The notes beneath the pieces are model-generated. The model had not been told where the DNA came from. It did no database searches and saw only the letters and a program-made list of their open reading frames with translations. DNA of 62,926 nucleotides, filler included, from Globobulimina sp. (lineage: Eukaryota): the NCBI GenBank assembly GCA_003354225.1. It is 50 parts of 50 records of this genome, joined end to end, with 100 filler letters (N's around TTAATTAATTAA, not from the genome) between each part and the next. Parts side by side here need not be neighbours in the genome. Positions count along the whole stretch, not along the records: positions 49,167 to 50,326 come from PIVH01022014.1; positions 50,427 to 51,586 come from PIVH01022015.1; positions 51,687 to 52,846 come from PIVH01022016.1; positions 52,947 to 54,106 come from PIVH01022017.1; positions 54,207 to 55,366 come from PIVH01022018.1; positions 55,467 to 56,626 come from PIVH01022019.1; positions 56,727 to 57,886 come from PIVH01022020.1; positions 57,987 to 59,146 come from PIVH01022021.1; 42 more parts are not named here. One strand, given 5' to 3'. The translations under genes and the position numbers were made by a program. Below, piece after piece: positions 49,296-61,223 of this stretch. Position 1 is the stretch's first letter; each line of letters opens with the position of its first letter.

Positions 49296-49928
49296 TTATA
49301 AGCCATGTACAATTAATGACATGGTTTGCTTTGCATCATCATTTGTCTCTTTCTTTTTATGTGGAAAATGCCAAATGTAAATTATTACCAATAAACCAAT
49401 TACACCCATCGTGATTTGTGCATAGAGGTAGGGAACAAAAAAATATGCAGATGTTGTAATGGACACTGTAATAATAATTGTAGCAATACTTTTTGCTTTA
49501 CGCGGTATCACCCGATGTTTCACAAAGTCTCTTAGCATTTTTCCTAACAATGGATGATTCATAAGAAAATTGTAAAATTGTAACGATGATCGTGCCCAAC
49601 AAAATGCAGAGATTAAAATAAATGGTGTTGTAGGCAACACGGGCAAAAATATTCCAATTATGCCCAATATAAATGCAAGTAATCCAATTATAATGTAAAT
49701 AAGTCGACATATGAAATGTCTGGACAATGATGTATCTTCAGAATAATCTTTCCAATCATCACGCGGTGGAATGCATTTTAAACACATCCATAACGATATA
49801 CAATAATCACATTCGTAACAACAACAAATATTAGATTGTGTAGAGGAGCTTTGATCATCTTTTGAGTCGGTTTTTGTTGCCATTATACCTTGACAAGTCC
49901 GACAGCAAAACTGGCAAAACCGTGTCAC
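49296..49928 (-). CDS. YbaN/DUF454 membrane protein with Cys-rich N-terminal extension
   Basis: LGIIGIFLPVLPTTPFILISAFCWARSS..FY.FLMNHP.LG...IPRKAK. Confidence 0.88.
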   Translation of the reverse strand: MTRFCQFCCRTCQGIMATKTDSKDDQSSSTQSNICCCYECDYCISLWMCLKCIPPRDDWKDYSEDTSLSRHFICRLIYIIIGLLAFILGIIGIFLPVLPTTPFILISAFCWARSSLQFYNFLMNHPLLGKMLRDFVKHRVIPRKAKSIATIIITVSITTSAYFFVPYLYAQITMGVIGLLVIIYIWHFPHKKKETNDDAKQTMSLIVHGL

Positions 49929-50079
49929 TTTATCAGTTGTAGTAATATATGTTATGACGTACCGTTCGATTTAAACTAATAATGTTAATCAGCAGTATAA
50001 TCAATGGAGTTTCTCATTGATTGCTGTTGTTTTGTACAGGATACAATAGACGTTTTAGATCCTATGAGCCTACACAAGT

Positions 50080-50207
50080 TAAATAGTCGCCTAAATAGAT
50101 GCCTGGGTTTGCTAAATAGTTGGCTAAATAGTTACCATTTTCCGTTTTTGTATTGAAATAGTCACTAAATAGTTGCATATTTTCGTTATTGAAATAGTTA
50201 CTAAATA
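50080..50207. repeat. Degenerate short repeat CTAAATAGT, ~8 copies
   Basis: Seen directly; abuts the 35-bp dispersed repeat. Confidence 0.7.
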
Positions 50208-50681
50208 TCACAGTTGTGAAGTTTTGGAAATGTTCAGAACTTCAATTTTATCTGAATGTCACACAATGAAACTCCAATGAACGCCATAAACCAGTCATCC
50301 AATCATATATCAACAGATTCTACCTANNNNNNNNNNNNNNNNNNNNNNNNNNNNNNNNNNNNNNNNNNNNTTAATTAATTAANNNNNNNNNNNNNNNNNN
50401 NNNNNNNNNNNNNNNNNNNNNNNNNNGTTTTCATAGGATGGCGTATGATTGCCACCACTGTTGCTGCTATCCGATTCGCGTGCCATCATCTTCTGGTTTT
50501 CAAAGATTTCTTTAAGTTACAAAAACTATCCAAAGCACAAAAACCATGGAAGCATCACCTTTTGATGATGACGCTGCTGCTTCACCCTTTCCCTCGCAAC
50601 AAGATGCTACCACGCCACACAGTCCTTAGTTCAGTTCCCTTGGCATTATTATAATCACCAAATAATAAACATTTTCCTATA

Positions 50682-51294
50682 ATGTACAGCGCCAATGATT
50701 CCTATACCAATGCACCTGCTTTCTCTCCGGGATCAGGTATTAAATCCTTGCCCCGTTTTAAAACCAGATGATTTGCTTTAACTTGTTCTGATCGATTTAG
50801 ATTACGCAGCAACACCGGCCACTGCAGATGGGTCGTATGCAGACGGTGGGGATTATACGCCATATGCGGCCACACCACAAAATATAATGGATGTGGATGA
50901 TAATCAATATGATAACTCACATAATACAAACAATAATAACATGGATGTGGAGGTACAGGAACCAAATAATAATAACATGGATGCGAATATTAATGAGCAA
51001 TTGCAAGAGGAGGAGGAAGAAAAAGAGGAAATACTGGATCCGCAGGCAATGGCTAAAGATAAACGAATCACTACGCCGTATTTAACTAAGTATGAAAAAG
51101 CGCGTATTTTAGGGACGCGCGCATTGCAAATATCGATGGGTGCTCCAGTCATGGTGGAGATGGTGGGAGAGACGGATCCATTGGAAATTGCACAAAAGGA
51201 GTTGAGGGAAAGGAAGATACCAATGATTATAAGGAGGTTTTTGCCGGATGGGACCTATGAGGATTGGAAAGTTAGTGAGCTGAAAATGAGGTAA
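50682..51294 (+). CDS. RPB6: RNA polymerase I/II/III common subunit RPB6; intron 50737..50800
   Basis: [29 protein letters not shown]...[10 protein letters not shown]...[13 protein letters not shown]. Confidence 0.96.
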
Positions 51295-51686
51295 TTATTT
51301 TAGGAATGTATTAAAGATTGTATTGTATTAAAACCTTAAATAATTTGTTTTGGTTAATTTGGTAAAATGAGATAAAATAATTATTTACGAAGTGTACAGT
51401 ACGTTCTCTTGTTTTGCAATATTTAAAGATATTTTTGTATCCTTGCGCTGTTATTAATTATTGTGTCGGCTTTCATCGTTGAAATCGTTTCCTTTTCAAT
51501 AACACGTAAATTTTGTACCGTTCACATCTTTCTCATACCAAATTATTTATATTATTGCCTTTGGTGGGACAAACTTCAATCAGGACNNNNNNNNNNNNNN
51601 NNNNNNNNNNNNNNNNNNNNNNNNNNNNNNTTAATTAATTAANNNNNNNNNNNNNNNNNNNNNNNNNNNNNNNNNNNNNNNNNNNN

Positions 51687-52684
51687 ACACCCACAATAGA
51701 TATGGAATTTTCCACAGCTTCAACCGCGTTCTTTCCTTCTGCCCTCTCGGCTGTATAGTGGTTCACAATATGGATAGAATAGGCGCTGCCAATGGCAACA
51801 AGAAGGACGGGAATGGCCGAAGTCGTTAAATTCATGGTAAAGCCGAAGAGGGACATCAGTCCCATGGTCCATACGACACTGACTGCAATGGTCAGAATTA
51901 TCAGGGCAACACTGGATATTCTCCGTAGCACAAAAATTAAAAAAATAATCAAAATGCCAAATACAGCAGGTATCATCAGCGTAAAATCTCTCATCATATT
52001 TTTGGTGATGATGCCCCTGACAAACGGTTCTCCGGCAGTATAAACACGCACATTGTCGTCAAATTCGGCCTCTTCTACAATTTCAATCACAGCATCCGTA
52101 CTTCTAATCAGTTCATCCGGTGACAACGTGCTTTTATATTCAACAGCAATGATCGTTGCTTTGCCATCTTCCGACACTAAATTCTTGATGTAAAAATCCC
52201 ACGAAAAAATCCTTTTTCTTAATTGATCCATCTCCTCTTTAGTTTTTGGCACCCGTTCCATCAGATCGGAAACCGTCATGCCGAATTCATCGCCTTCGAT
52301 ATAATTAGTCGTTGAGATGCTGGTCACATTTTCAACGCATTTTTTCTTTTTGGTACGAATTTCACCGGTTTCAGGGTCCTCGACAGGATCCGATTCAATC
52401 CGTAGTTTTTTTAATATTTTAGATATCTTTTTTACTTCTGATAAAAATCCGGTATTAAAAATGGTATCTGTCGACAGGCCGATCAACACCATGTCCGTGG
52501 ACCCGAATTCTTCCTCAATGGCCTCCTGTGCCAGTTTTGTAGGATTGTCATCCGGCAGCAAGTTGGATACATCATTATCTAATTCTAAATGCATTAAATG
52601 ATATCCGAGAAAAATCGTAATTGCTGTAATAATCATAACAGTCAGTTTCGGGTATTTAACAATAGTCTGATTAAAAAAATGCAT
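51687..52684 (-). CDS. Bacterial RND/MMPL-family transporter, N-terminal part
   Basis: TM1, LLPDDNP, EEFGS, LVSEDG, TAGEP, PVLLVAIGSAYSIHIVNHY; GGAG RBS; no introns; higher GC. Confidence 0.92.
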
Positions 52685-52946
52685 TGATAGAAATTCTCCG
52701 ATTTTGTTTTTTATACCAGATGTATAAATATTTTATGTGAATGAAACGCTTGTAAATGGCCATTTATAAAAAATAAAATATTGTGTTTGAAGTTTCATTT
52801 TTCTACTGTACCTGGTTTTCCAAGAGATGCGAGCGTCACGCAGTGANNNNNNNNNNNNNNNNNNNNNNNNNNNNNNNNNNNNNNNNNNNNTTAATTAATT
52901 AANNNNNNNNNNNNNNNNNNNNNNNNNNNNNNNNNNNNNNNNNNNN

Positions 52947-54106
52947 TTGATATGGATGGAGATAGTGCAATGTTGCCGGATAACATTACATATTCGTTTA
53001 AAAAAACAAATTTTGCAAATAAATGTGATAATAATATCGAAAATATAACCAGTAACAAACAAGACGTAACCACAAGAATTGAAAGCAGAGCACTTAAATT
53101 ATGTGGTCATTATCCTTCGGTTATAACCAATGTGTCAAGCGAGTTGAAATGGGATTTTTCAGGTTGTGTATTTCTGAGTGAATCAGATGATGTATTTACG
53201 TGTAGCTGTAATCATTTATCTTTCCATAGTGTCGAGTCAATATATTTGATTCGCGACATAGGGATACCGAGTTTATTAGAGAATAAATACATTTTTTACG
53301 TAATTTTATCAGGATTTGGTATGATTGCATTAATCTCATTGGTGCAGATCGCGACGATATTATTGCGCGGATATTGTAAGTTGGAAGCATCGGTAATGAT
53401 ATATTACGTGTTATTATTTGGCTGTATATTTGCGTCCGTTTCAGTTTATTCATTATCGGAACAAGACACTGCTTTGGGAGAGAATACTTTGTTGTCATTA
53501 GATGTGATTATATCATCTATTCGTTTTATGATATTATCACTTTTATTAAACACGTGGTTTCGGATAAAAATGGGTAAAAAAGAAAGTAAATCGCGATTAG
53601 AAAGATGGCCGTTAAATATATTGATAGTATCGATGATTATTTATGATATTATTTGCGTTGTCATCCAATTGACAAATATTGATAATGGCAAATATGAGAA
53701 TGTATTTATTATTGGCAATTTAATCGTAAATATAGCATCTGGCTCATTGGCGATGATCTGGTTATTATGGAGACCGGTTTTGTGTGTTCGTCGATGTAGT
53801 AAAAAAGAAAAAATTGTGTCAGCAACAAAAGGTTATATTTGTATGTTGTGGATTATTTTAATTGTGATATGTTTTGCATATTTCGTGCAGTCATTGCTTG
53901 TGTTATTTGCGACTACGAAATATTTCGATGTAAATTCCTCAAATACACCGTATGTGTCACAATGGAGATTAATAAACTATTCAATTGATATAATATCATG
54001 GCTAATTATTGTATTTTTTTATATCTGTATTTATCTTAAATCAACCAAACGAATAAGAGGCAATCCATCGCAAATTGGGGCAATATTTAAGGCTTCGAGT
54101 ATAGGG
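52947..54106 (+). CDS. Adhesion-type GPCR-like protein (GPS motif + 7TM), partial
   Basis: WDFSGC......FTCSCNHLSF followed by seven TM segments. Confidence 0.82.
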
Positions 54107-54300
54107 NNNNNNNNNNNNNNNNNNNNNNNNNNNNNNNNNNNNNNNNNNNNTTAATTAATTAANNNNNNNNNNNNNNNNNNNNNNNNNNNNNNNNNNNNNN
54201 NNNNNNTTCAAACTTTTTTTATGTCCACTAAAAAGCATACCGCCTTCTTATTAATTTTCATTTTCTTAACAATTAACAACGCTTTAAATTTTAAAATAAA

Positions 54301-54966
54301 ATGGCATGGAGTGCATGTATTGGACGTCAAAGTTGGAAATATTCCGAAAAATACAATGTATTTAATCATAGCAAATGGTATTATCAACATCCACAAATAA
54401 GCAGACAACAATCATCTTTATTACAGCATCATGCGGGAAAAACAACAAAATATAAAGTCCCTAAAACATGGCGCAAAGCATTTGCATTAATGAAAGAAAC
54501 AAATAAAACAAATCCAACAGCAAGAAAAAAAAGTACATTGTACGCAGCAGTAGTGACGGTAGTATTTTTTGGTACTATTGGTGGATTTGCTAAATTTTTA
54601 CATTTTTTTGGTCCCGCAGGCGGTGGGAGAGCGTGGAGAGAAGCTATATGGAACGAAGTGAGTAATCGCGACACAGACCAAGCTTTTGAACAAATGCAAC
54701 AGGAATCGAGCGATGGATACATACGGAATATGTTTGGATTGGGCATAAAACCCAAAATGCCCACTTTAGAACAAAGAGCAAAGAATATATCGCCGGATAG
54801 GTATAGAACGTGGGAGGATGTTATGAATAAAGGATTTCCTCGAACTGCTAAGGAATATAAAAGAGTTTCAAAAATGCGACCTGAAACCATTGAGGAGTAT
54901 GAAATTATGGATAAATTAGACGAACAAAGCCAAGACGGCAGGAAATTATCAAATGCTGATGAATAA
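54301..54966 (+). CDS. Hypothetical single-TM protein, possibly mitochondrial
   Basis: Complete 221-aa ORF with basic N-terminus and one TM helix. Confidence 0.55.
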   Translation: MAWSACIGRQSWKYSEKYNVFNHSKWYYQHPQISRQQSSLLQHHAGKTTKYKVPKTWRKAFALMKETNKTNPTARKKSTLYAAVVTVVFFGTIGGFAKFLHFFGPAGGGRAWREAIWNEVSNRDTDQAFEQMQQESSDGYIRNMFGLGIKPKMPTLEQRAKNISPDRYRTWEDVMNKGFPRTAKEYKRVSKMRPETIEEYEIMDKLDEQSQDGRKLSNADE

Positions 54967-55466
54967 ATCTTAATACTGCTGAATTTCATTCATTACAGAA
55001 CCGACAACTCCGAGATTTGTGTAAGGTTTTTTTAAGTACGTCTTAGTCGGAGGCAATGGCAAATGGTAACGTTACCTCTTCTGGTTTACGTCACATGGTG
55101 TACACAGAGAGTGAAATCGGAGCCTATGATGGTATTGTCTCAAGTGTGAAGACGCAAGATGTAGATATTTACAATTTCAACGACAAAACCGTCGACAATC
55201 GATCTGTAACAGACTCCGCTGATCGTTCTCTTGCTTCATTTGCAACATCAAATTATAGTGCGGATAAAACTGGCCATAGCAAAAAAGCACCTCGCAACGA
55301 TCAACATCGATCAACCTACAAAGCCTCCGGTTTATAAAATAACTCTCCATATATATAATATATTCGNNNNNNNNNNNNNNNNNNNNNNNNNNNNNNNNNN
55401 NNNNNNNNNNTTAATTAATTAANNNNNNNNNNNNNNNNNNNNNNNNNNNNNNNNNNNNNNNNNNNN

Positions 55467-56626
55467 TTTTGCTCCACCACACAATTTGCCACCACATTCT
55501 CTTTCAAACCGCTACGCAATCCCTCCAAGATAGTCTTGCAACCTTTATCTGGATAATTGGCGTAATTACCCGGCAATAAATGTGCATTAATCGCTTGCGA
55601 ACCAACCACTGCAATACCTACAAAACAAAAACATCAAAAATATATATTATAAACGTGTGCAACGATGATATATTATTGATACTGTACCGTACCTTTAACT
55701 GTTGTTGGATTCAAAGGCAACACGTTTTTATTATTCTTATACATGGCAATGGAATCCTGTGCCACAAGTCTGGCTAAATTGAGATGTGCGTCGCTCTCCA
55801 CGTCCGCAGAGGTAATGTTATTATAAGCCACATCCAGCGGAGGGTCAAAGAAGCCCAACATAAATTTAGTTCGATATAACCGTTTAAAGGCCACATTTAC
55901 ATCGTCAATCGTCATCAAACCCTGCTGTATCGCGGTAGGAATCTGCCGAATTGCCGAAGTACCGCCACCTTCTTGATCGCAACCCGACTTTATAGCAAGT
56001 GCCACAGCTTCGGGCATGGTGGAGGTGTAATGATGCGTGTTTAGAATATTTGCCATGGCGTCGTAATCGCCGACCACAAAGCCTTTAAAGCCCCACTGAC
56101 CGCGCAACACCGTGTCCAATATGTCCTTGCTGCCGCAGGTCGGCACTCCATTCAATGAGTTGTAGCTGCACATAATATGCTGCACTTGTGAGCGTACCAC
56201 GCATTCCCGAAAGACAGGAGCGTACGTTTCTGCCCAGTCTACGGCGTCTACGATGGCGTTAAATGTCATTCGAGATTGCGGTTTGTTCTCTAAATCGTAG
56301 GCAGCGTAATGTTTGCAACAGGCCGCTAATAGGATATATTTATCATTTTGAGCGCCGCCGTATTGATATCCGGAAACGAAATGATGCGTTAAATGCGCCG
56401 CTAATCGAGGGTCCTCACTATAGACTTCCTGCGATCTGCCCCATCGAGGGTCTCTTACGAGATTCATATTGGGGCCGTACGCTGTGAGGCCCGCACCATT
56501 GAAGGTGCCGCGGTTGCCAGAATGCACTAAGTCTGCGTGCAAGCCACGAGCTTCATTGCCAATGATATTGCCGGTGGTGAATAGGTCTTCTTTACTGAAA
56601 GTACCGCCTAAACCATTTCCATTGGG
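55467..56626 (-). CDS. Glycoside hydrolase family 3 (beta-xylosidase/glucosidase); intron 55618..55692; partial
   Basis: RDPRWGRSQEVYSEDP, CCKHYAAYD, IMCSYNSLNGVP, WGFKGFVVGD. Confidence 0.95.
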
Positions 56627-57180
56627 NNNNNNNNNNNNNNNNNNNNNNNNNNNNNNNNNNNNNNNNNNNNTTAATTAATTAANNNNNNNNNNNNNNNNNN
56701 NNNNNNNNNNNNNNNNNNNNNNNNNNAAGATACCTTATGTATTGACAGATTGTAATCTTATTTTGTTGTTCGGACTTTTATATTTATTGATTTTTTGATT
56801 GAGTTTAATTTTAATTTTTGTTTTGTTGTAAATTTTTAATTTTTACTGATACATTTCTGTGACATTTTACAATGAACGCCAACTTTCTGTGACATACATT
56901 TTACAAAACACCAACTTTCAGAGGTTTGAGAAGTGCTTATGGATATTTTAACGGCGTCGAAGATTATTATTCAACAATTGCTTTTGTACAGAGAGCTATT
57001 CAAATAATCAAAAACCATTCAAATTCTATTTCCAACCAATAGGGCTTTCCGATAAGTACTGATTTTTTTTGCTGTTCGAAAACGTTTTTTGCTTTTTTTC
57101 ATGATCCTGTCGAACGTTTTTTGCTTTTTTTGATTCTTAATATATTTTTCATTTTTCATTCTTAATTGACTCATATGATG

Positions 57181-57252
57181 AGGTCGCCTCAGGGATTGAA
57201 CCTGAATCTTCTGAATCCATACATCCAGCGCTCTACTTGAGCTATGCGATAA
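57181..57252 (-). pseudogene. Degenerate tRNA pseudogene
   Basis: TCGCATAGCTCAAGTAGAGC...TCAGGTTCAATCCCTGAGGCGACCT keeps A/B boxes; anticodon loop irregular and acceptor stem mismatched. Confidence 0.7.
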
Positions 57253-57420
57253 TCCATATGCATACCAATCCATATGCGATAATCAAATTCCATTAAATAA
57301 ATATATACCCAATCATTTTCGGGATTGTTTCCTTTTCTTGTTGTTTTGGCAGCTTTTAAAAAGGGTTTACAACTTTTTTTAAAAAGTGCAAGCTTTTAGA
57401 CGAAATTCATGAATGAGATT

Positions 57421-57516
57421 CATATTTAGGATCGCCAATCTAAAAGACAAGTGTAGACATTGGAGACATGAAATGTAACGGTCTCGAAAATCACTTAGTT
57501 GGCCATAGTCAATTCA
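57421..57516. repeat. Dispersed repeat, inverted copy of 4847..4942
   Basis: Near-identical reverse complement. Confidence 0.9.
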
Positions 57517-57986
57517 TGTTGTGAGTTGTAATGTTCTCTGCTAAAGTTGCAGAATAATGATACAAACAACGGACCATTGGTATTTGCTGCATTAGTGAAA
57601 AAAAATGCATCCAAATCCACCATTTCAACCAAAATTAAAGGTTTTCAGCTGTAAAAGCCACCAAATCAAAAAATTTCAAAAATGTTTCTGGTGCACAAAT
57701 ATCCAACGGTATATTGGAAACTTTGTACAACGTTGAACTTTTGAAATTGTTTATTTTGCATGAATGTAAATAGGCCTCTCCGATAATGCTGCAAAGAGCA
57801 TCCGGTCTTCAGCGTCAGATTTTTATTGGGGTAAGGTATAAGCAAACCGTTTCTGGTGACTGATGAAGGTAAAAATAATATAGGTTNNNNNNNNNNNNNN
57901 NNNNNNNNNNNNNNNNNNNNNNNNNNNNNNTTAATTAATTAANNNNNNNNNNNNNNNNNNNNNNNNNNNNNNNNNNNNNNNNNNNN

Positions 57987-59146
57987 AAAATTACATCTGA
58001 TATCAAAAATATTAAATCAGAAATTGCGAATAAGTATAAAAATAACGAAAAAGATTTATTATTGGACACATTACACGAATTACACCGATGTTTAAACATC
58101 GAGACAAATGATGATAAGAAATACAATTTGAAACAACAAATTGAATTATGTAAAAACAAAATGCTCAATCATACCGATAAAACATACGGAACCAATTTTG
58201 TAGAACAAACTGAGCAAAAATTCGTTTATGTTGAAGACAAAAATATCACCAATTTATTGACAAAACATAATAAAGAAATTGACGCAGATATCGCAAAAGA
58301 AAATAACAAATGTAAAATTGAATTATTTAATTTGACAATTACAAATGTTATTAATAATACCATTAACAAATTAGATAAATTATATAGTAAAGATACCACC
58401 AAATATACCCAAACCATTTATAACGGTTTTATCCATAACATGAAACAAACAATTCTAAAAGAATTATATGATAATATTGATACGATGAACAGAAATACAA
58501 AAACCTCTTATGTATCAAAAGTTGCCATATTATACTCAATCATAATGTACTTAACAATTAATAGCGATTGTGATACAACAAAAATGTATTTGACATACAA
58601 AAATGATATCCAAACTGAAGATGTTGAAGAGACATTAGTAAATAAAATCGTAAAAATCATTAAAGGAAATAATAAAGGATTATTATGTAAAGTATATGTC
58701 GATAAAGATGATTATGTATTAGCCACCAAAGGAACATACGGTATTAATAACTTCAACCAAATCGCATTAATCCAAACCATTAAAATAAACAAATCCAACA
58801 TTAGAATAATTGAACCAGAGAGAACAATAATTGATATTACAAAAACAACCGCTGAATTATTTAAAGAGAACTTATCCACCGATTTATACGCAATATGTTA
58901 TTATTATATGAATACAAGAAATACAATGAACTCATCATTATTTAATAAATTATACGATATATCAATCAAAGCATCAAATAACACCATATTAAACATCAGC
59001 GAATATAAAGTTAAATTAAATAACATGAAGCAACAATTCAACGAGAAAAAATTACACCTAAAAGTATTAAAAAAATCTGGAAAATCAAAAGCATTTATCG
59101 TCCATAAAAAACAATTAACCAAATTCGCACAAGACATTAGAACCTT
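57987..59146 (+). CDS. Very AT-rich intronless ORF spanning the contig, unknown function
   Basis: Open for ~385 codons; K/N/I/T-rich. Confidence 0.6.
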
Positions 59147-59246
59147 NNNNNNNNNNNNNNNNNNNNNNNNNNNNNNNNNNNNNNNNNNNNTTAATTAATT
59201 AANNNNNNNNNNNNNNNNNNNNNNNNNNNNNNNNNNNNNNNNNNNN

Positions 59247-59750
59247 AGACCGATTGTTATAAATCATATTAAATATATTTAATTGCGTACATGCCATTGT
59301 TAATGGATTCAAATCCTCATTTTCCAGCAGTGCTAAAATATAAATTTGTAAATTGTGAGGAATTCGGAGCAATGATATTGAGTGTTTCATTTGTGTTGGA
59401 ACATGGATGTGATTTGAAAGTATTAATTGAATTTCATACAATAAATCAGAAGATATTTTGCAATTTTTATTAAGTCCATATGTTAACATTTTAATCCATA
59501 AATCAACAGAATTATTTTGGTTTATTTTGTGGACAATGTCACCTAATATCTGCGATATTTGTGATGCATTACAAGCTTCTATTTTTGTGCAGGTCTTGAT
59601 TAATGGGATGATGCTTTCAGATCGAACTAAACCGAACGACATGAGTCAGAAAAGTTTAACTTTTTCAAAAGATGATATTCCAACGAATCAGGAACTTCAA
59701 ACTTTTTCTGTCATGTATTTTGCAATGCTTTTGCTAAATTTTTGCATTTA
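59247..59750 (-). CDS. F-box-like protein fragment
   Basis: SLLRIPHNLQIYILALLENEDL.....ACTQL. Confidence 0.5.
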
Positions 59751-59830
59751 AATATTGTTTCCCACAATAAATTACGAATGGTATTTTCGTACATTAAATA
59801 CAACATATTATATCCGTTATTGATAAAAGA

Positions 59831-60016
59831 GACTCAGTAGCTCAACGAGTTTATGATAGAGCATGTGTCTGCAGCTTATGCTGTTCCACCAACATTAATT
59901 TCATTTGCTTTTTTTTAATATACATCATAAACGATACTTTATCAACATAGAAATCATCATATGAAATGTTGTAATTACAATGCACATGGATGTAGGTTTA
60001 AATCCTACCTGAGTCT
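59831..60016 (+). tRNA. tRNA-like gene, anticodon GCA, with 106-nt insert at 37/38 (59875..59980); homolog of 25503..25817; possibly a pseudogene
   Basis: GACTCAG/CTGAGTC, GCTC/GAGC, TGTGT/GCACA, GTAGG/CCTAC, discriminator T; enlarged D loop; long T run inside the insert. Confidence 0.7.
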
Positions 60017-60663
60017 GTGAGTCAATATATATTTAATTTTGTACATAAACACTGTTAAACTAGTTTTCAGAAATCTAACCCCCAAATGGAAACAGATATC
60101 TTTCCCTTTTTTGTCACTAGATATCGATATCTTGTTTCATATTGATTGGTTGTTGTGGATAGTCAGACTCCTGTCTTCAAACCAAATCGGATAACTCTGA
60201 TTACAAGTAAGTGTAATTAATGAAATTAAATAACAGCATATTATGACACTTATACACACACAATTTGTGTCAATACACATTTGTCATTATAAATGCAAGT
60301 CCACTCAAACTCCATTTTGCTTGATTAATATTATCAACATTCATTATGACGTCGACATCAAATACTTTATAACTTCTATCCAATGAATAATATGTTGGAC
60401 TCTTAANNNNNNNNNNNNNNNNNNNNNNNNNNNNNNNNNNNNNNNNNNNNTTAATTAATTAANNNNNNNNNNNNNNNNNNNNNNNNNNNNNNNNNNNNNN
60501 NNNNNNTGATTCATTTTGGTTGTGTCAGTGTGGAATAGCTTCCATAGATACATTACAAACATGATTATCATCGACAGCAACCAAAAACTCATCCATGACA
60601 GTAAAGCAGTGTACATATTAACTAACTTAAAAATCCTTTTCTCGAGCATCCTCTCCACCCGAT

Positions 60664-61223
60664 ATGGCAAGAACCCCTCACAAACCACGCGTACGTAACA
60701 GTGCACGTAAAACATTGAACGCAACGTCAAGCCCATCATCATCCAATGAAAATAAACCATTCTCAAAACCAAAACGCCGTCAGACACGATCACCAAATAA
60801 AAAAGCATCTAAATCGCTAAAAAGTCGCAGTGGTCCAGATATTTATGCATCGCCCAGAAAGAAACGCAGACATAGACCAGGCACCGTTGCATTAAAAGAG
60901 ATTCGGAAATATCAGAGTTCCACTGATTTGCTATTAAGGAAATTACCCTTTTCAAGGGTTGTCAGAGATATTGCACGTAAATATCAGCCAGATTTACGGT
61001 TTCAGGCTTCGGCTTTAGTTGCATTGCAAGTGGCCACGGAAGCACATCTTGTCTCGTTATTTGAGGATTCGTTAAGTATTTGTATATATTGCGTGGATTT
61101 GAATCATTTTTTTTGTTTTTGAGCAGGAATTTATGCGCGATTCATGCAAAGAGAGTGACCATAATGCCGAGAGACATGCAGTTAGCGAGGAGAATAAGAG
61201 GAAGAGGTTCAGCTGGAAATTGA
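60664..61223 (+). CDS. Divergent histone H3 variant, CenH3/CENP-A candidate; intron 61071..61126
   Basis: MART start with long divergent tail; [30 protein letters not shown]; exon 2 [25 protein letters not shown]. Confidence 0.88.

Noticed and set aside
57181-57252. Functional tRNA
   Set aside because: Acceptor stem mismatched, D loop shortened and anticodon loop irregular; kept as a pseudogene only.
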